Shown here: one piece after another, positions 31,801 to 39,697 of the stretch
Position numbering within the stretch: the first letter of the stretch is position 1
How the letters are laid out: each line of letters begins with the position of its first letter
NCBI GenBank assembly: GCA_965207065.1
Contig: OZ242260.1
Coordinates: 1,152,001-1,216,000 of the forward strand
DNA length: 64,000 nt
Direction: 5' to 3'
Origin: a bacterium
GTDB lineage: Bacteria; UBA8248
The notes under the pieces: generated by a model
Told to the model about the DNA's origin: nothing
Seen by the model: only the letters and a program-made list of their open reading frames with translations
Database searches by the model: none
Translations under genes and position numbers: made by a program

Positions 31801-33215
31801 CGGTGAGATTGCTTCCATTGTTGAAACGGCTACTCATTGAAGAACTGCGCCGATACCGTGTCTTCTTGGAAGAAGCGGAAGCGGCCGGCTGGGCTCACGG
31901 GAAGGCTGTCAACGAAGCGCGCACACTCCACACACATGAATATCAGCGAGCGTTTGAGTCGATCAACTTTCCAGAGACCGCTGCACTGATGCGCGAATAT
32001 CTGCTGGATGAACAGTTCGGAAAACACGCTGCCCTCGTGCTAGCATCGCAATGGTCAGCCGCGAACGAACCGAACAACGATCAGCCTTTTTCGAGTGGGC
32101 CGAACTTTTCGAATTTTGAGGAAAAACGAGCTCTGTGCGCCACCGATCCGACTGCCTCTTCAGCGGAGGCTGAGGCCATATTTGATACGATCGAACTACT
32201 GATTGACGATAACGCAACAGAGGAGCAAAAAAAGCTCGCCGTAGCTCTTGGCATCATTGCTGTGCGGCTTCCGCACGGGCAACGAGATACCACTATTCAA
32301 AAATTGCTTTCACTGGCTGATCGCCCAGCTCGCGCCGACCTCTTGCAAAATCTCGTACTTTCTGGCGAAACCATCGAGCTTGAGATAGTCAGGGATGGCA
32401 TCGTTGACTTGCTTGAGGCCGCGAAGACTGCGCAATGGCTTCTGTCGCAGGATGGCTATGAGTTGAAGCAATGGCTACGCCTTCTGCCCTTCACGAATTG
32501 TCCCAATGAAGCACTCACCATCGTAGGCGATTTACCTGACAAACAACGCAGACCAGACTTTTTGGAGGGGATGGTTGCCGCCTTCGGGGCAATATCCTCC
32601 CACGACGCCGAGAACGTACTGTTCCAGCTAGCAGAAACGGATCATCGTTTCTACAGCAATCGTACGTGGCTTCGTGTGGCTATGTGCAGGGAAAAGGTAT
32701 CATTTGCTCGGCGTACAATAGATTTAGCAGCGAAGGGTGTCTTCAACGGAAAAAGAGTACACAACTGGCAGTTGGCACGCGAAATTGGTGGTTTGATCGG
32801 CGAACACGGTGAGTTACGCGCATATGTATATGAATTGTTGGAGCAAGGCCCGAGGTTGCCGGGATTCGAACTATTAGCTCAAGTCGTGGCTGAACAGCCC
32901 GATACGGAAGGATTGCTGCTGCTAGTCAAGATCGAGAGTGAACACAAGCTCTCATTCATCTCGTGGCGAACGATTGAGAACGTCGTAACCAAGCATGTCC
33001 CCTCCACGACTTGGAGTGGCGCGTACAATATAGTACCCACATCGAGCGCAGATATAAGGCGTGAACTACTGAATATGACGACGGATGGGGGTGCCACGGA
33101 TATCGCTGCACGCTGCCTTGAACAAATCGACACGATCAGAGATGAATACGGTGCAACTGTATCTGATAAGCGCCATCCTAATCTTGAGTCGGGTCGTACT
33201 TGGCCAATTTTATAG
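28851..33215 (+). CDS. HNH endonuclease fused to NACHT/STAND-type NTPase with long helical C-terminus
   Basis: CSHPEC..GEAAHI..GPRYD..NGIWLCRNH (HNH); APPGTGKST (Walker A); IVLDAWNE (Walker B); IPLYL; FQHEQIQEWYA (winged-helix motif). Confidence 0.75.
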   Translation: MSTRDEFLPTTKALLAQQAGYLCSHPECRRLTIGPNESGDGVINIGEAAHITAAAKGGPRYDPNLSSEERKSLVNGIWLCRNHAKEVDSDQEQYTIKTLREWKNTANNKAFDARTTGKLPIPQGMVAVGTEIIELLGIRDTDVEKLIERMKKAAQNDIDKFKALPGWPIHAVALSMQTVGSEAPTFDAAALARAIAASGEATIVAPPGTGKSTTCIQIVEALLCQNDIVSVLIPLNEWSAQPHGFLVSLSHRAPFNGIREQDFQAAAARGSLAIVLDAWNELDPTSRRKAAAEIDRLRRDLPLLQIIVSTRRQLIDVPLNGPVVEIQPLSEKQQIEIARAVSGDVGEKLLNRAWQEEGLRELVSIPLYLTALLQVRHDSLPDSKEEVLTLFIAASEKSSAEALRDGLYGLHGDILCGLAVEATVAANTAISDARSRTIVAEVEVRLKSAGQITEQPQPAVVLELLVNHHVLMRIGGSGGVSFQHEQIQEWYASLKVEDLMRSATEGTLEARAKLRRDILNNVAWEEAILFACERLSRADKAEIAAAAILDALYVDPMLAAEMIFRSSDNVWAEISRSVQEFIDRWHVPGTVDRALRFMIASGRAEFFDSVWPLITHDDDQVSLSALCAAPRFRPTILGSDAPERIATLQPDIRRNVLHEIAFNSGVDGLDLAASVAQVDLDPEVKAAVIDAFAFRRADRHIAEVLHGADEKTFDLVARRDLIDRTTDEYVKKGLDAARERQRTKGISTYDRLRAIVYGHDDEDHSSVLTSIIKELQIDDYLDAAVQLIYQARARYSRAIADGLLQRLRAGRTLFYGAHDILAAAELSLEDEELLEIAVAKNQHHDRQAEAAASVLGPQAIGRMIEVLLKTKSRVRDTNGRYDQVASDHYHGLLRRIAHTQTTGLVTAVRNRSAKAGNEEMADLADLISRHLSEEKLRSISFDDHLHDAIVELAEDWGVRMLSSGDDVTRSQLSSIVRLASRAPSVRLLPLLKRLLIEELRRYRVFLEEAEAAGWAHGKAVNEARTLHTHEYQRAFESINFPETAALMREYLLDEQFGKHAALVLASQWSAANEPNNDQPFSSGPNFSNFEEKRALCATDPTASSAEAEAIFDTIELLIDDNATEEQKKLAVALGIIAVRLPHGQRDTTIQKLLSLADRPARADLLQNLVLSGETIELEIVRDGIVDLLEAAKTAQWLLSQDGYELKQWLRLLPFTNCPNEALTIVGDLPDKQRRPDFLEGMVAAFGAISSHDAENVLFQLAETDHRFYSNRTWLRVAMCREKVSFARRTIDLAAKGVFNGKRVHNWQLAREIGGLIGEHGELRAYVYELLEQGPRLPGFELLAQVVAEQPDTEGLLLLVKIESEHKLSFISWRTIENVVTKHVPSTTWSGAYNIVPTSSADIRRELLNMTTDGGATDIAARCLEQIDTIRDEYGATVSDKRHPNLESGRTWPIL

Positions 33216-33649
33216 CCGAAGCCAGAGACGACGAAAATAGAAATGTACTGCTGTCAGATGGGTAATTTGGGGTGGTTCAGTCTGCCCCGTTTTCACAACC
33301 GTACTAAGGGGAGCCTGTTGTAGAGGTGATGAACGGGCGGCAGAGCTTCAAATTACTCCACATGTTTCTTATGTTGCTCTGATCCAGTCGAAGACTTTCG
33401 GTTACAAGATGTACCGCAACCAATTCGCAACCGGTTTAACTCCAATTTCTAATGTGAGAAGTTCGTTCTTTTCAACGCACTCAGAAATTGCGCGATTCAT
33501 CTTTCGTTAAGGTGCGCCCGTTAACGCCACCGTCGAAGTGGATCGGGGAATACTTGCATGCTCGAATCGTCATATGGTGTCTCGACAACTACGCTGGGTT
33601 TCTCTGGTAACAAAAATTGGTAGCTCAATTTTCATTCAAACAGCGACCG

Positions 33650-34076
33650 TTTAGCTTCCGGGGAGGAACTCGCTGACCGTCTCGATGCACCGAAATTTGA
33701 ATCGGCGCCGACATTTCGAGGGATGCGTGCTCTCGTTAATTCGAAAGATAAAAGTGTCGACATACACCTTTCTAACACCGTTACACAGCAAGGCAAGACT
33801 GCGTGGTTGTTCGGCTTCGGACGAGCTCTCGGTGAAATCGTTGCTAATCCACCTGCGCCAAGAGCTGTCGTCAACGACCTCCGGGACGCGTCGCGGCAGG
33901 CAGTCAACCGAGCCTTTGCTGCGGAGTTTCTTGCTCCAGTCAACGAAATTCTTGCCATGCACGAAGATTCGATGGACATCAGCGCAATTGCGGTAGAGTT
34001 CGGAGTTTCGGATCAGGTCATAATGCGCCAAATTGAGAACTCGCATAACATTAAGTGGGCGTGCAGTACTGGATGA
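33650..34076 (+). pseudogene. Truncated ImmA/IrrE-like protein
   Basis: QAVNRAFAAEFLAP..IAVEFGVSDQVIMRQIEN C-terminal signature; upstream part decayed. Confidence 0.55.
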
Positions 34077-34329
34077 GATGGAGTGGGAGAATACCCACAC
34101 CTGCATATAGTGCATTGATGTGGCCTTGAACTGGAGCAGGATTAAAAACCGTATTGACATGCCGCAAGGCTTGATCGCTTGAATACCTCTGCAATTTCTT
34201 CCCTGATTCAGGCCATTTTAACTCTGCAGATCATCGTATGTTAATCCCTTTGCTACAGAAACGCCGCAGGTTTGACGATTATTCTCCTTGAAAGGGACGT
34301 TCGGGAAGGAGATGTAAAAGGGTATTGTC

Positions 34330-34716
34330 TCATTTTGAAGTATCGTCCAGGAACGCAGCCTGCGACTCGCGGGCGTCTTTCATGACCCGGTCGAGTTCAT
34401 TCTTGCGTCCTTCCAGCACCAATTCATCCCGCTTTAGCGTGGAAAGGAGGTAAACCCCGCGATAGATACGCTCGATCATGGCCGAGGTTCCGGATGGTAT
34501 CGGGCCGGGATCCACGCCGGTTTCTTCTCCGGCGAGCGCCAGAGCGGCGTTGCGAATGAACTCGGCAGCAGTGGCTCCACTCCGCCTGGCGGCGATTTCG
34601 ACCCGTTCCCACTCGGGATCAGAGAAGCGGATGGTCCTTGAGGTGCGCGCGTGGCTTTGTTTTTCTTCGGGGCCGGTACCGTCTCCGGTGGGTTTTGGGT
34701 CGATTCCGCTCGTCAT
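34330..34716 (-). CDS. Ribbon-helix-helix relaxosome accessory protein (TrwA/MobC-like)
   Basis: RTIRFSDPEWERVEIAARRSGATAAEFIRNAAL; RBS GGAGGAG; adjacent to oriT and transcribed away from it. Confidence 0.7.
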   Translation of the reverse strand: MTSGIDPKPTGDGTGPEEKQSHARTSRTIRFSDPEWERVEIAARRSGATAAEFIRNAALALAGEETGVDPGPIPSGTSAMIERIYRGVYLLSTLKRDELVLEGRKNELDRVMKDARESQAAFLDDTSK

Positions 34717-34807
34717 TTCTTCTCCTCCATGCACATGGTCCGGACCGTAAATCGATAGAGCCCGGGCTGTGAAACGGCCAGACACGGCGTTCCTTGCGGC
34801 CCGGGCG

Positions 34808-35040
34808 GCGAATGCCGATCAGCATACATGGAGGAGGGGCGCTGTTTCCAGCGAATGTCGATTGACATGCGCGAGGTTCGAAGTGAAGGGATTTCAAGGA
34901 GATACAGGTGTATGCCGATCGACATTCGCTCTCCCAACAAAAACGGGGCGGTATTTGACGGCGTTTGAGCAAGGAACGGCACGTCTGGCGCACGATTGAC
35001 CTGTACCTTGCAGCCCGCTGCGTGGGGTGTGAAACCCGAA
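34808..35040 (+). other. Origin of transfer (oriT), MOBF type; predicted nic at 35030/35031
   Basis: GCAG-CCCG-CTGC hairpin running into TGCGTGGGGTGT^G, which matches the F-plasmid nic core; GCGAATGYCGATY repeats at 34808, 34851 and inverted at 34917. Confidence 0.75.
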
Positions 35041-35273
35041 GCGCCGAAGGGCGTCAGATGGTCGAATTCGTGAGAACAAACGATGGGAGAATTTTGCCGG
35101 TGAGAATGGCGAGCGGGAGCCGCCGCGGCGATTGAGCGGGAGGAGGCGCAGGGAAAGAGAGTGTGAGGGTGCTGTAGCTTGCGCTTCTTATCACAAGCAG
35201 ACGGACGACACGGGAGGTGAAGGGCCGCGCCGCCACCGGGTGGGATGGCGACGCGACCCGAAGAGTGTTCGCA

Positions 35274-36233
35274 TCAAGCGGCCACGCGTTGCACGGGTAT
35301 GCCGAGGGTTTTAGCTTTGTCGACGAGGTTGTCCGTGATGCCCGACCCGGGGAACGCGACCACGCCCTTGGGCAGGAGTGCGAGCAGTTCGTCGTTCCTG
35401 CGGAAGGGAGCGGCCCTGCCGTGGGCGTCCCAGTCGGGCTTGCAGACGACCTGGTGGACGCCGTTGCGCTCGGCCCATCCCGCCGCGATCTTCTCAGCAC
35501 CGGGGCCGCCGCCGTGGACGAGGACGACGTCGGCGTACTTGGCCTTGACCTTGTCGAGATGCGCGATGATTTTGCCGGCGTCACTCGCCTCCTTGCCGCC
35601 CGCGACGGCGACGAGGGTTCCCTGGGGGAGGTGGGCGGTGCTCTCGCGGTCCTTTCTGGCGCGCTGGAAGTCGCGGGCCTCGATGACGGCGGAAGTCAGC
35701 TTGCCGGTCTGGGAGACGTGGGAGCCTCGCCTCGGCCGCCATACCTCGCCGGTCTCCGCGCGGTAGGCCTCTGCGGCGGCGTCACGGAGCCCCTCGAACG
35801 CATCGCGCCGGGCGGTGAGATTCTCGGCCCTGTCGGTCATGAGTTCGAGTTCGCGCGAGCGGATCTCGGAGCCGTCCTGCTCGCGCTGCAGTTCACGGAC
35901 CCCGGGGATGAGTTTGTCGGCGGCGCGGTCGAGCCGCTGTGTTTGGGCGTCGAGGGTGTTGACGAATCCCCAGAGGAGGTTCGCCCGCTCATCCGCGAGC
36001 TGCGTGCCGTCGGGTGCGGCTTCCGCGAGTGCGCAGAAGGCCTTGATGACGGCGGCGGTGGCTTCGCCCTCGCCCCACACGGGGCGGTTGTCGAACTCGT
36101 CCGGCCCGGGCGTGGCGCCGAACAGGGCGGCCTGCTCGCATACCATGGCGGTGAAGGATTCGTTCTGCGCTTCGTGTTCGCTGTGCTCGTTCATGTTCAT
36201 CTCCTTGTGGTCGTGAGTCGCGGTGGCAGTCAT
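35274..36233 (-). CDS. DUF2493 / SLOG-family protein
   Basis: VAVAGG..LVHGGGPGAEKIAAGWA..AAPFRRND..VVAFPGSG SLOG motifs; RBS AAAGGAG. Confidence 0.8.
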   Translation of the reverse strand: MTATATHDHKEMNMNEHSEHEAQNESFTAMVCEQAALFGATPGPDEFDNRPVWGEGEATAAVIKAFCALAEAAPDGTQLADERANLLWGFVNTLDAQTQRLDRAADKLIPGVRELQREQDGSEIRSRELELMTDRAENLTARRDAFEGLRDAAAEAYRAETGEVWRPRRGSHVSQTGKLTSAVIEARDFQRARKDRESTAHLPQGTLVAVAGGKEASDAGKIIAHLDKVKAKYADVVLVHGGGPGAEKIAAGWAERNGVHQVVCKPDWDAHGRAAPFRRNDELLALLPKGVVAFPGSGITDNLVDKAKTLGIPVQRVAA

Positions 36234-36283
36234 CGTTCACTCCTTTCAGTGATTGGGTTTTTCAGTCGTTGGTTCGGTTGTCC

Positions 36284-36658
36284 TCAAGCGAGGGGATGGT
36301 TGTATTGGGGCAGCGCGTAGCCGAGATCGTCCCGCTTCACTTCTTTGGGCATCTCGTCGAGATACCTGGCTGCCCACTCGGCGGCGCGCGCGAGGACGTC
36401 GCCGTGGCACGGGAGGGGCCGGCAGTGGCAGCCGAGCTCGCAGCCGAGGAGGTCGGCGAGTTCGTAGAGGTTCACCTCCTCCTGCCGGATTTTTCTCCAC
36501 AGCCATCGCCGGTATTTCTCGATGACGGCGTCGCGGTCGCCGTCGGTGCCGACCCGGAAGGGATTTCCCCACTTCGTCGTGCGGTCGATCCTCACCAGCA
36601 AGCCGCCTCCGAACTGGGGCGCAACGTAGTCGTTCAGGTTCACCACGGTGGTTTCCAT
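36284..36658 (-). CDS. DUF4326-domain protein
   Basis: RIDRTTKWGNPF..LGCHCRPLPCHGDVL. Confidence 0.85.
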   Translation of the reverse strand: METTVVNLNDYVAPQFGGGLLVRIDRTTKWGNPFRVGTDGDRDAVIEKYRRWLWRKIRQEEVNLYELADLLGCELGCHCRPLPCHGDVLARAAEWAARYLDEMPKEVKRDDLGYALPQYNHPLA

Positions 36659-36659
36659 G

Positions 36660-37190
36660 CCTTTCTCCTTTCAGAGAGTTAACGGATGCGCTTCTTAGCG
36701 TCCCATTTTCAGCACGTAAGGGCGCCGGTCGGTGTATCCGGCGCCCGTAGGCGGGCGAATCAAGGGCTCGTCATTTTCCGGGGGGTTCCCGAAAAACACG
36801 GTTCATCGTTTTTTGGGGGGTACCGGCAAATGATGGCCGCTTGCGGCCACCCTTTATTGCCCGGCGTTCGTGCTAAAATGAGGACTCTAAGAGAGAGACA
36901 CTAGTACCGCCACCGGGACACAAGAGTTTTTGGTGTTTCACGATGAAGGCGAAGCTCATCGTGAAACAATCTCTCATGCTGCGGAAAGGGTCATTTCGGG
37001 CCGTTCTTCCGGCCCGGAATTCCCGCAGCGGGGGGTGGACCGAGCCACTGTCCAGGGTATGGAGTGATTGCAGGCGCAAGCCGATCTTCCGTGGACATGG
37101 TTTACCGTTCACGGAACCGGAGAGTCCCCGGGTGTTCCCGGTAGACGAGAGGAGCCGCAGGGAGGGAAAGACGCGGGAGAGGGTGTTCGG
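36660..37190 (+). promoter_or_regulatory. Large structured intergenic element (Frpo-like ssDNA promoter and/or ncRNA)
   Basis: Nested inverted repeats across 36694-36891 and 36912-37142; extended -10 TGcTAAAAT at 36871-36879. Confidence 0.6.
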
Positions 37191-37220
37191 GGCATGATGG
37201 ACCTCCTCTGGATAACAAGC

Positions 37221-37254
37221 AAAAAAAGGGGCCGGCGCCGTAACGCCGACCCCC
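37221..37254 (-). terminator. Intrinsic terminator after ssb
   Basis: Minus strand GGGGTCGGCG-TTACGG-CGCCGGCCCC followed by T7. Confidence 0.75.
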
Positions 37255-37261
37255 CGGGTGA

Positions 37262-37699
37262 TCAGAATGGAATGTCTTCGCCCACTACGCCTGCGGGCAC
37301 AGCCTCTTCGGAGTGCGCGCCGTTACCGTTGCCATTGCCGTTCCCGTTCATCTTCTCCAGGAACTGCACCCGCCCGCCGGGCGCGATGAGGATCTCGGTC
37401 GAGAACCGATCCGAGTCCTCCTCGTCCTTCTTCCAGCGACGGGTCTGGAGCTTGCCCGCGACGTAGACCAGGCGGCCCTTCTTCGCGTGCTTCTCGAACA
37501 TGTCCACCAGCCCGGGCTGGAAGGTGACGACCCGGTGCCACTCGGTCTTGTCCACCCGATCGCCCGACTGCTTGTCGACGTAGCCCTCGTCGGTGGCGAT
37601 CGAGAGGTTGGCGACGCGTCCGCCGCTCGCGAGATGGTTGATGGTGACGTCGGCGCCGAGACGCCCGATCAGTTCCGCTCTGTTGAGTCCGAATGCCAT
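37262..37699 (-). CDS. ssb: Single-stranded DNA-binding protein
   Basis: LNRAELIGRLGAD, TEWHRVV, KGRLVYVAGKLQTRRW and C-terminal DIPF. Confidence 0.95.
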   Translation of the reverse strand: MAFGLNRAELIGRLGADVTINHLASGGRVANLSIATDEGYVDKQSGDRVDKTEWHRVVTFQPGLVDMFEKHAKKGRLVYVAGKLQTRRWKKDEEDSDRFSTEILIAPGGRVQFLEKMNGNGNGNGNGAHSEEAVPAGVVGEDIPF

Positions 37700-37778
37700 G
37701 GTGATTCTCCTTGAAGTGTAGTGTGGATGATAAAGTCGAGGAGCCGGAAATCCTCTCTCCCCGGCCCCCCGGTTCGCC

Positions 37779-37910
37779 CTAAACGCTACAAAACTCCACT
37801 TCGCCTTCCGCCTCGTCGCGAAGCTTGCGGATCGTGTACGCGTCGAGTCCGAGTTCTGCGAGCAGTTCGTCCGCGGTGGGAACGTCGACGTCGTAGTCGT
37901 TCTCGTACAT
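37779..37910 (-). CDS. 43-aa acidic hypothetical protein
   Basis: Strong RBS AGAGGAGG before ATG 37910; MYENDYDVDVPTADELLAELGLDAYTIRKLRDEAEGEVEFCSV. Confidence 0.55.
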   Translation of the reverse strand: MYENDYDVDVPTADELLAELGLDAYTIRKLRDEAEGEVEFCSV

Positions 37911-37929
37911 GGCCAGGCCTCCTCTGGGG

Positions 37930-38555
37930 TTGTCGCCGGCGGCGGGAGTTGGAGACCGTCTCCCTCTCCCTACCGGGCATTTGCCCGGCTCCCCGCTTCT
38001 CTCCACCTCTCCCGGGAGGACCTCATCCGGTGACGAACCCCCCACGGAGCGTGAACGGCCTCCGTCCCGACCGGGTCGAACCGGAGATGGATGGGACCGG
38101 GTGCCAGGCGGTTGCGCCCTGGTTCGGGGTTCGGATGGATGAGGCGTGGGGGTACGGATGCGAATCGGGCGGTGGGAGTTCCGGTGTCGGCGTTCTTGTT
38201 ACTGCCGGTGGGGATGGTCGTCGTCGCTCTCACGCTGCCGGTGCCGGGATGCCGGAGACGATGGAGGCCGGGTTGACTCCGCGCCACTTGGCGGGCCGGG
38301 ATTGAGCCCGGCGCCTTTGTCGCCGGTGGCGAGCTCGGCTGGCCGACCGTACGGACGTGCGCGGCCCCCCGGTCCGGAGACCCGGGTGCTTCACGCGGAG
38401 GAGGCGAGTCCGGTCGGCGCCCCCCCGGCGGACGAAAGGCCGGCAGTAAGTACCCTCGACAGGCCGGCTGCGCAGCAGGGCGGCGCCACCCCCCTGGTCG
38501 TCAGACCCCCACCGGCGGGGAGCCGGCGGCGCGTGCCCGGCGAGCCGGCGAGAGT
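37930..38555 (+). other. About 620-nt structured non-coding spacer
   Basis: Correctly nested long-range inverted repeats closing the whole spacer, plus internal stems. Confidence 0.5.
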
Positions 38556-38557
38556 GC

Positions 38558-39367
38558 CTACCAGGCAGCATACCTGGTCATCAGCGACGCGTCTTCGATG
38601 ATTTCCACTTCATGGCGGGATAGTCTTTCGAAGGCGAGGCACATGGCCACCTCCTCCCAGGAGTCCCAGGGCCCGTGCTCCTCTCCCGTGGCGAGCTCGA
38701 CCACGGTGTAGCGCGGCGGATGGATGGGCATTCCCTTGTGCTCGCCCGAGGAGTGCCAGGAGCGCCTCGCGCATGCCTCACACCGCGCCGCAAGGCCCGC
38801 AGGCTGGGCGCAGTCCACGCAGAGCCTCTTTGCGCGCCTGTCGGCGTAGCGCCTCCTGCTCGCTACGTTCTTCTTCGGAGCGCGTCCCTCCTCGAGCGCG
38901 GCGCACGGACCGCACCTGGAAGCCCCCGCGAAGACGGGACCTCCACAACGGCCGCAAAGCCCTTTCGCTCTCCTGGCGGCGTAGAGCTTTCGCTCTTCAG
39001 CGCGCCTCTCCTCCCGGCAGACCTCGCAGACGACACTGCCCTCGACCGGAGGAACTTCCCCGCAATGGGTACAGAGCCCCGCCTCGCGACGTTCGATCCT
39101 TCGCTTCCTGTTCCTCTCCCTGGCCATCCGGCGTCGGCTCTCGGGGTTCCTCCCCCCGTAGGGCGCACCCTCGGCCTTTCGACTGGCGTAGCGGGCGCGC
39201 TCGGCGGCACGTCCTCTCTCGCCGCAGACTTCGCACAGGCTGCGGTCGGGCGCGGGAGAATGTTTCCCGCACTTGGGGCACAACCCCTGCGCGCGTCGAT
39301 CGGCGGCGCGTCTGCGGTGGCGTTCGCGCTCTTTCTTGCGTCCCTGCTCGAGGTTCTTGTACGGCAT
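38558..39367 (-). CDS. Basic protein with four Cys-rich (CxxC..CxxC) repeats
   Basis: GLCPKCG..LCEVC, GLCTHCG..VCEVC, GLCGRCG..RCGPC, RLCVDCA..RCEAC; RBS GGAGGAG. Confidence 0.7.
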   Translation of the reverse strand: MPYKNLEQGRKKERERHRRRAADRRAQGLCPKCGKHSPAPDRSLCEVCGERGRAAERARYASRKAEGAPYGGRNPESRRRMARERNRKRRIERREAGLCTHCGEVPPVEGSVVCEVCREERRAEERKLYAARRAKGLCGRCGGPVFAGASRCGPCAALEEGRAPKKNVASRRRYADRRAKRLCVDCAQPAGLAARCEACARRSWHSSGEHKGMPIHPPRYTVVELATGEEHGPWDSWEEVAMCLAFERLSRHEVEIIEDASLMTRYAAW

Positions 39368-39382
39368 CCTCTCTCCTCCCCC

Positions 39383-39697
39383 TCAGCGCCGCCGGCTTTG
39401 GCCGAAGAGGCCGATCGAGTAGACACCCCAATATTGCACCCCGCTGTCCCTGGTGCGCAGGCCCGTGCAGACGATGATCTCATCCCGCGCGGGACGCATC
39501 TCCCGGACGGCTTTCCGGGTGGCCGTCGCGCGCTTCGTCCTGCGCCCGCCCCCGGTCTTCGCCTCCCCGGCGGGCACGGGGCGGATCTCGCCGTCCATCG
39601 TGGACTTGAACCGTTCGACGGCGTATCGCGTATCCTCCAGCCCCCGGCCGAAGGTGTGGGTGAGGAAAGTGTTTGCCTCTCTCATGGTCGTCCGCAT
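39383..39697 (-). CDS. Hypothetical protein (104 aa)
   Basis: RBS AAGGAGG before ATG 39697; a homologous decayed copy at 26305 supports coding status. Confidence 0.6.
   Translation of the reverse strand: MRTTMREANTFLTHTFGRGLEDTRYAVERFKSTMDGEIRPVPAGEAKTGGGRRTKRATATRKAVREMRPARDEIIVCTGLRTRDSGVQYWGVYSIGLFGQSRRR

Noticed and set aside
35217-36320. Long antisense or alternate-frame ORFs (also 38675-39862, 42663-43964, 47585-48856, 51773-53056, 61564-62793)
   Set aside because: Shadow ORFs of GC-rich genes that have clear family motifs on the opposite strand
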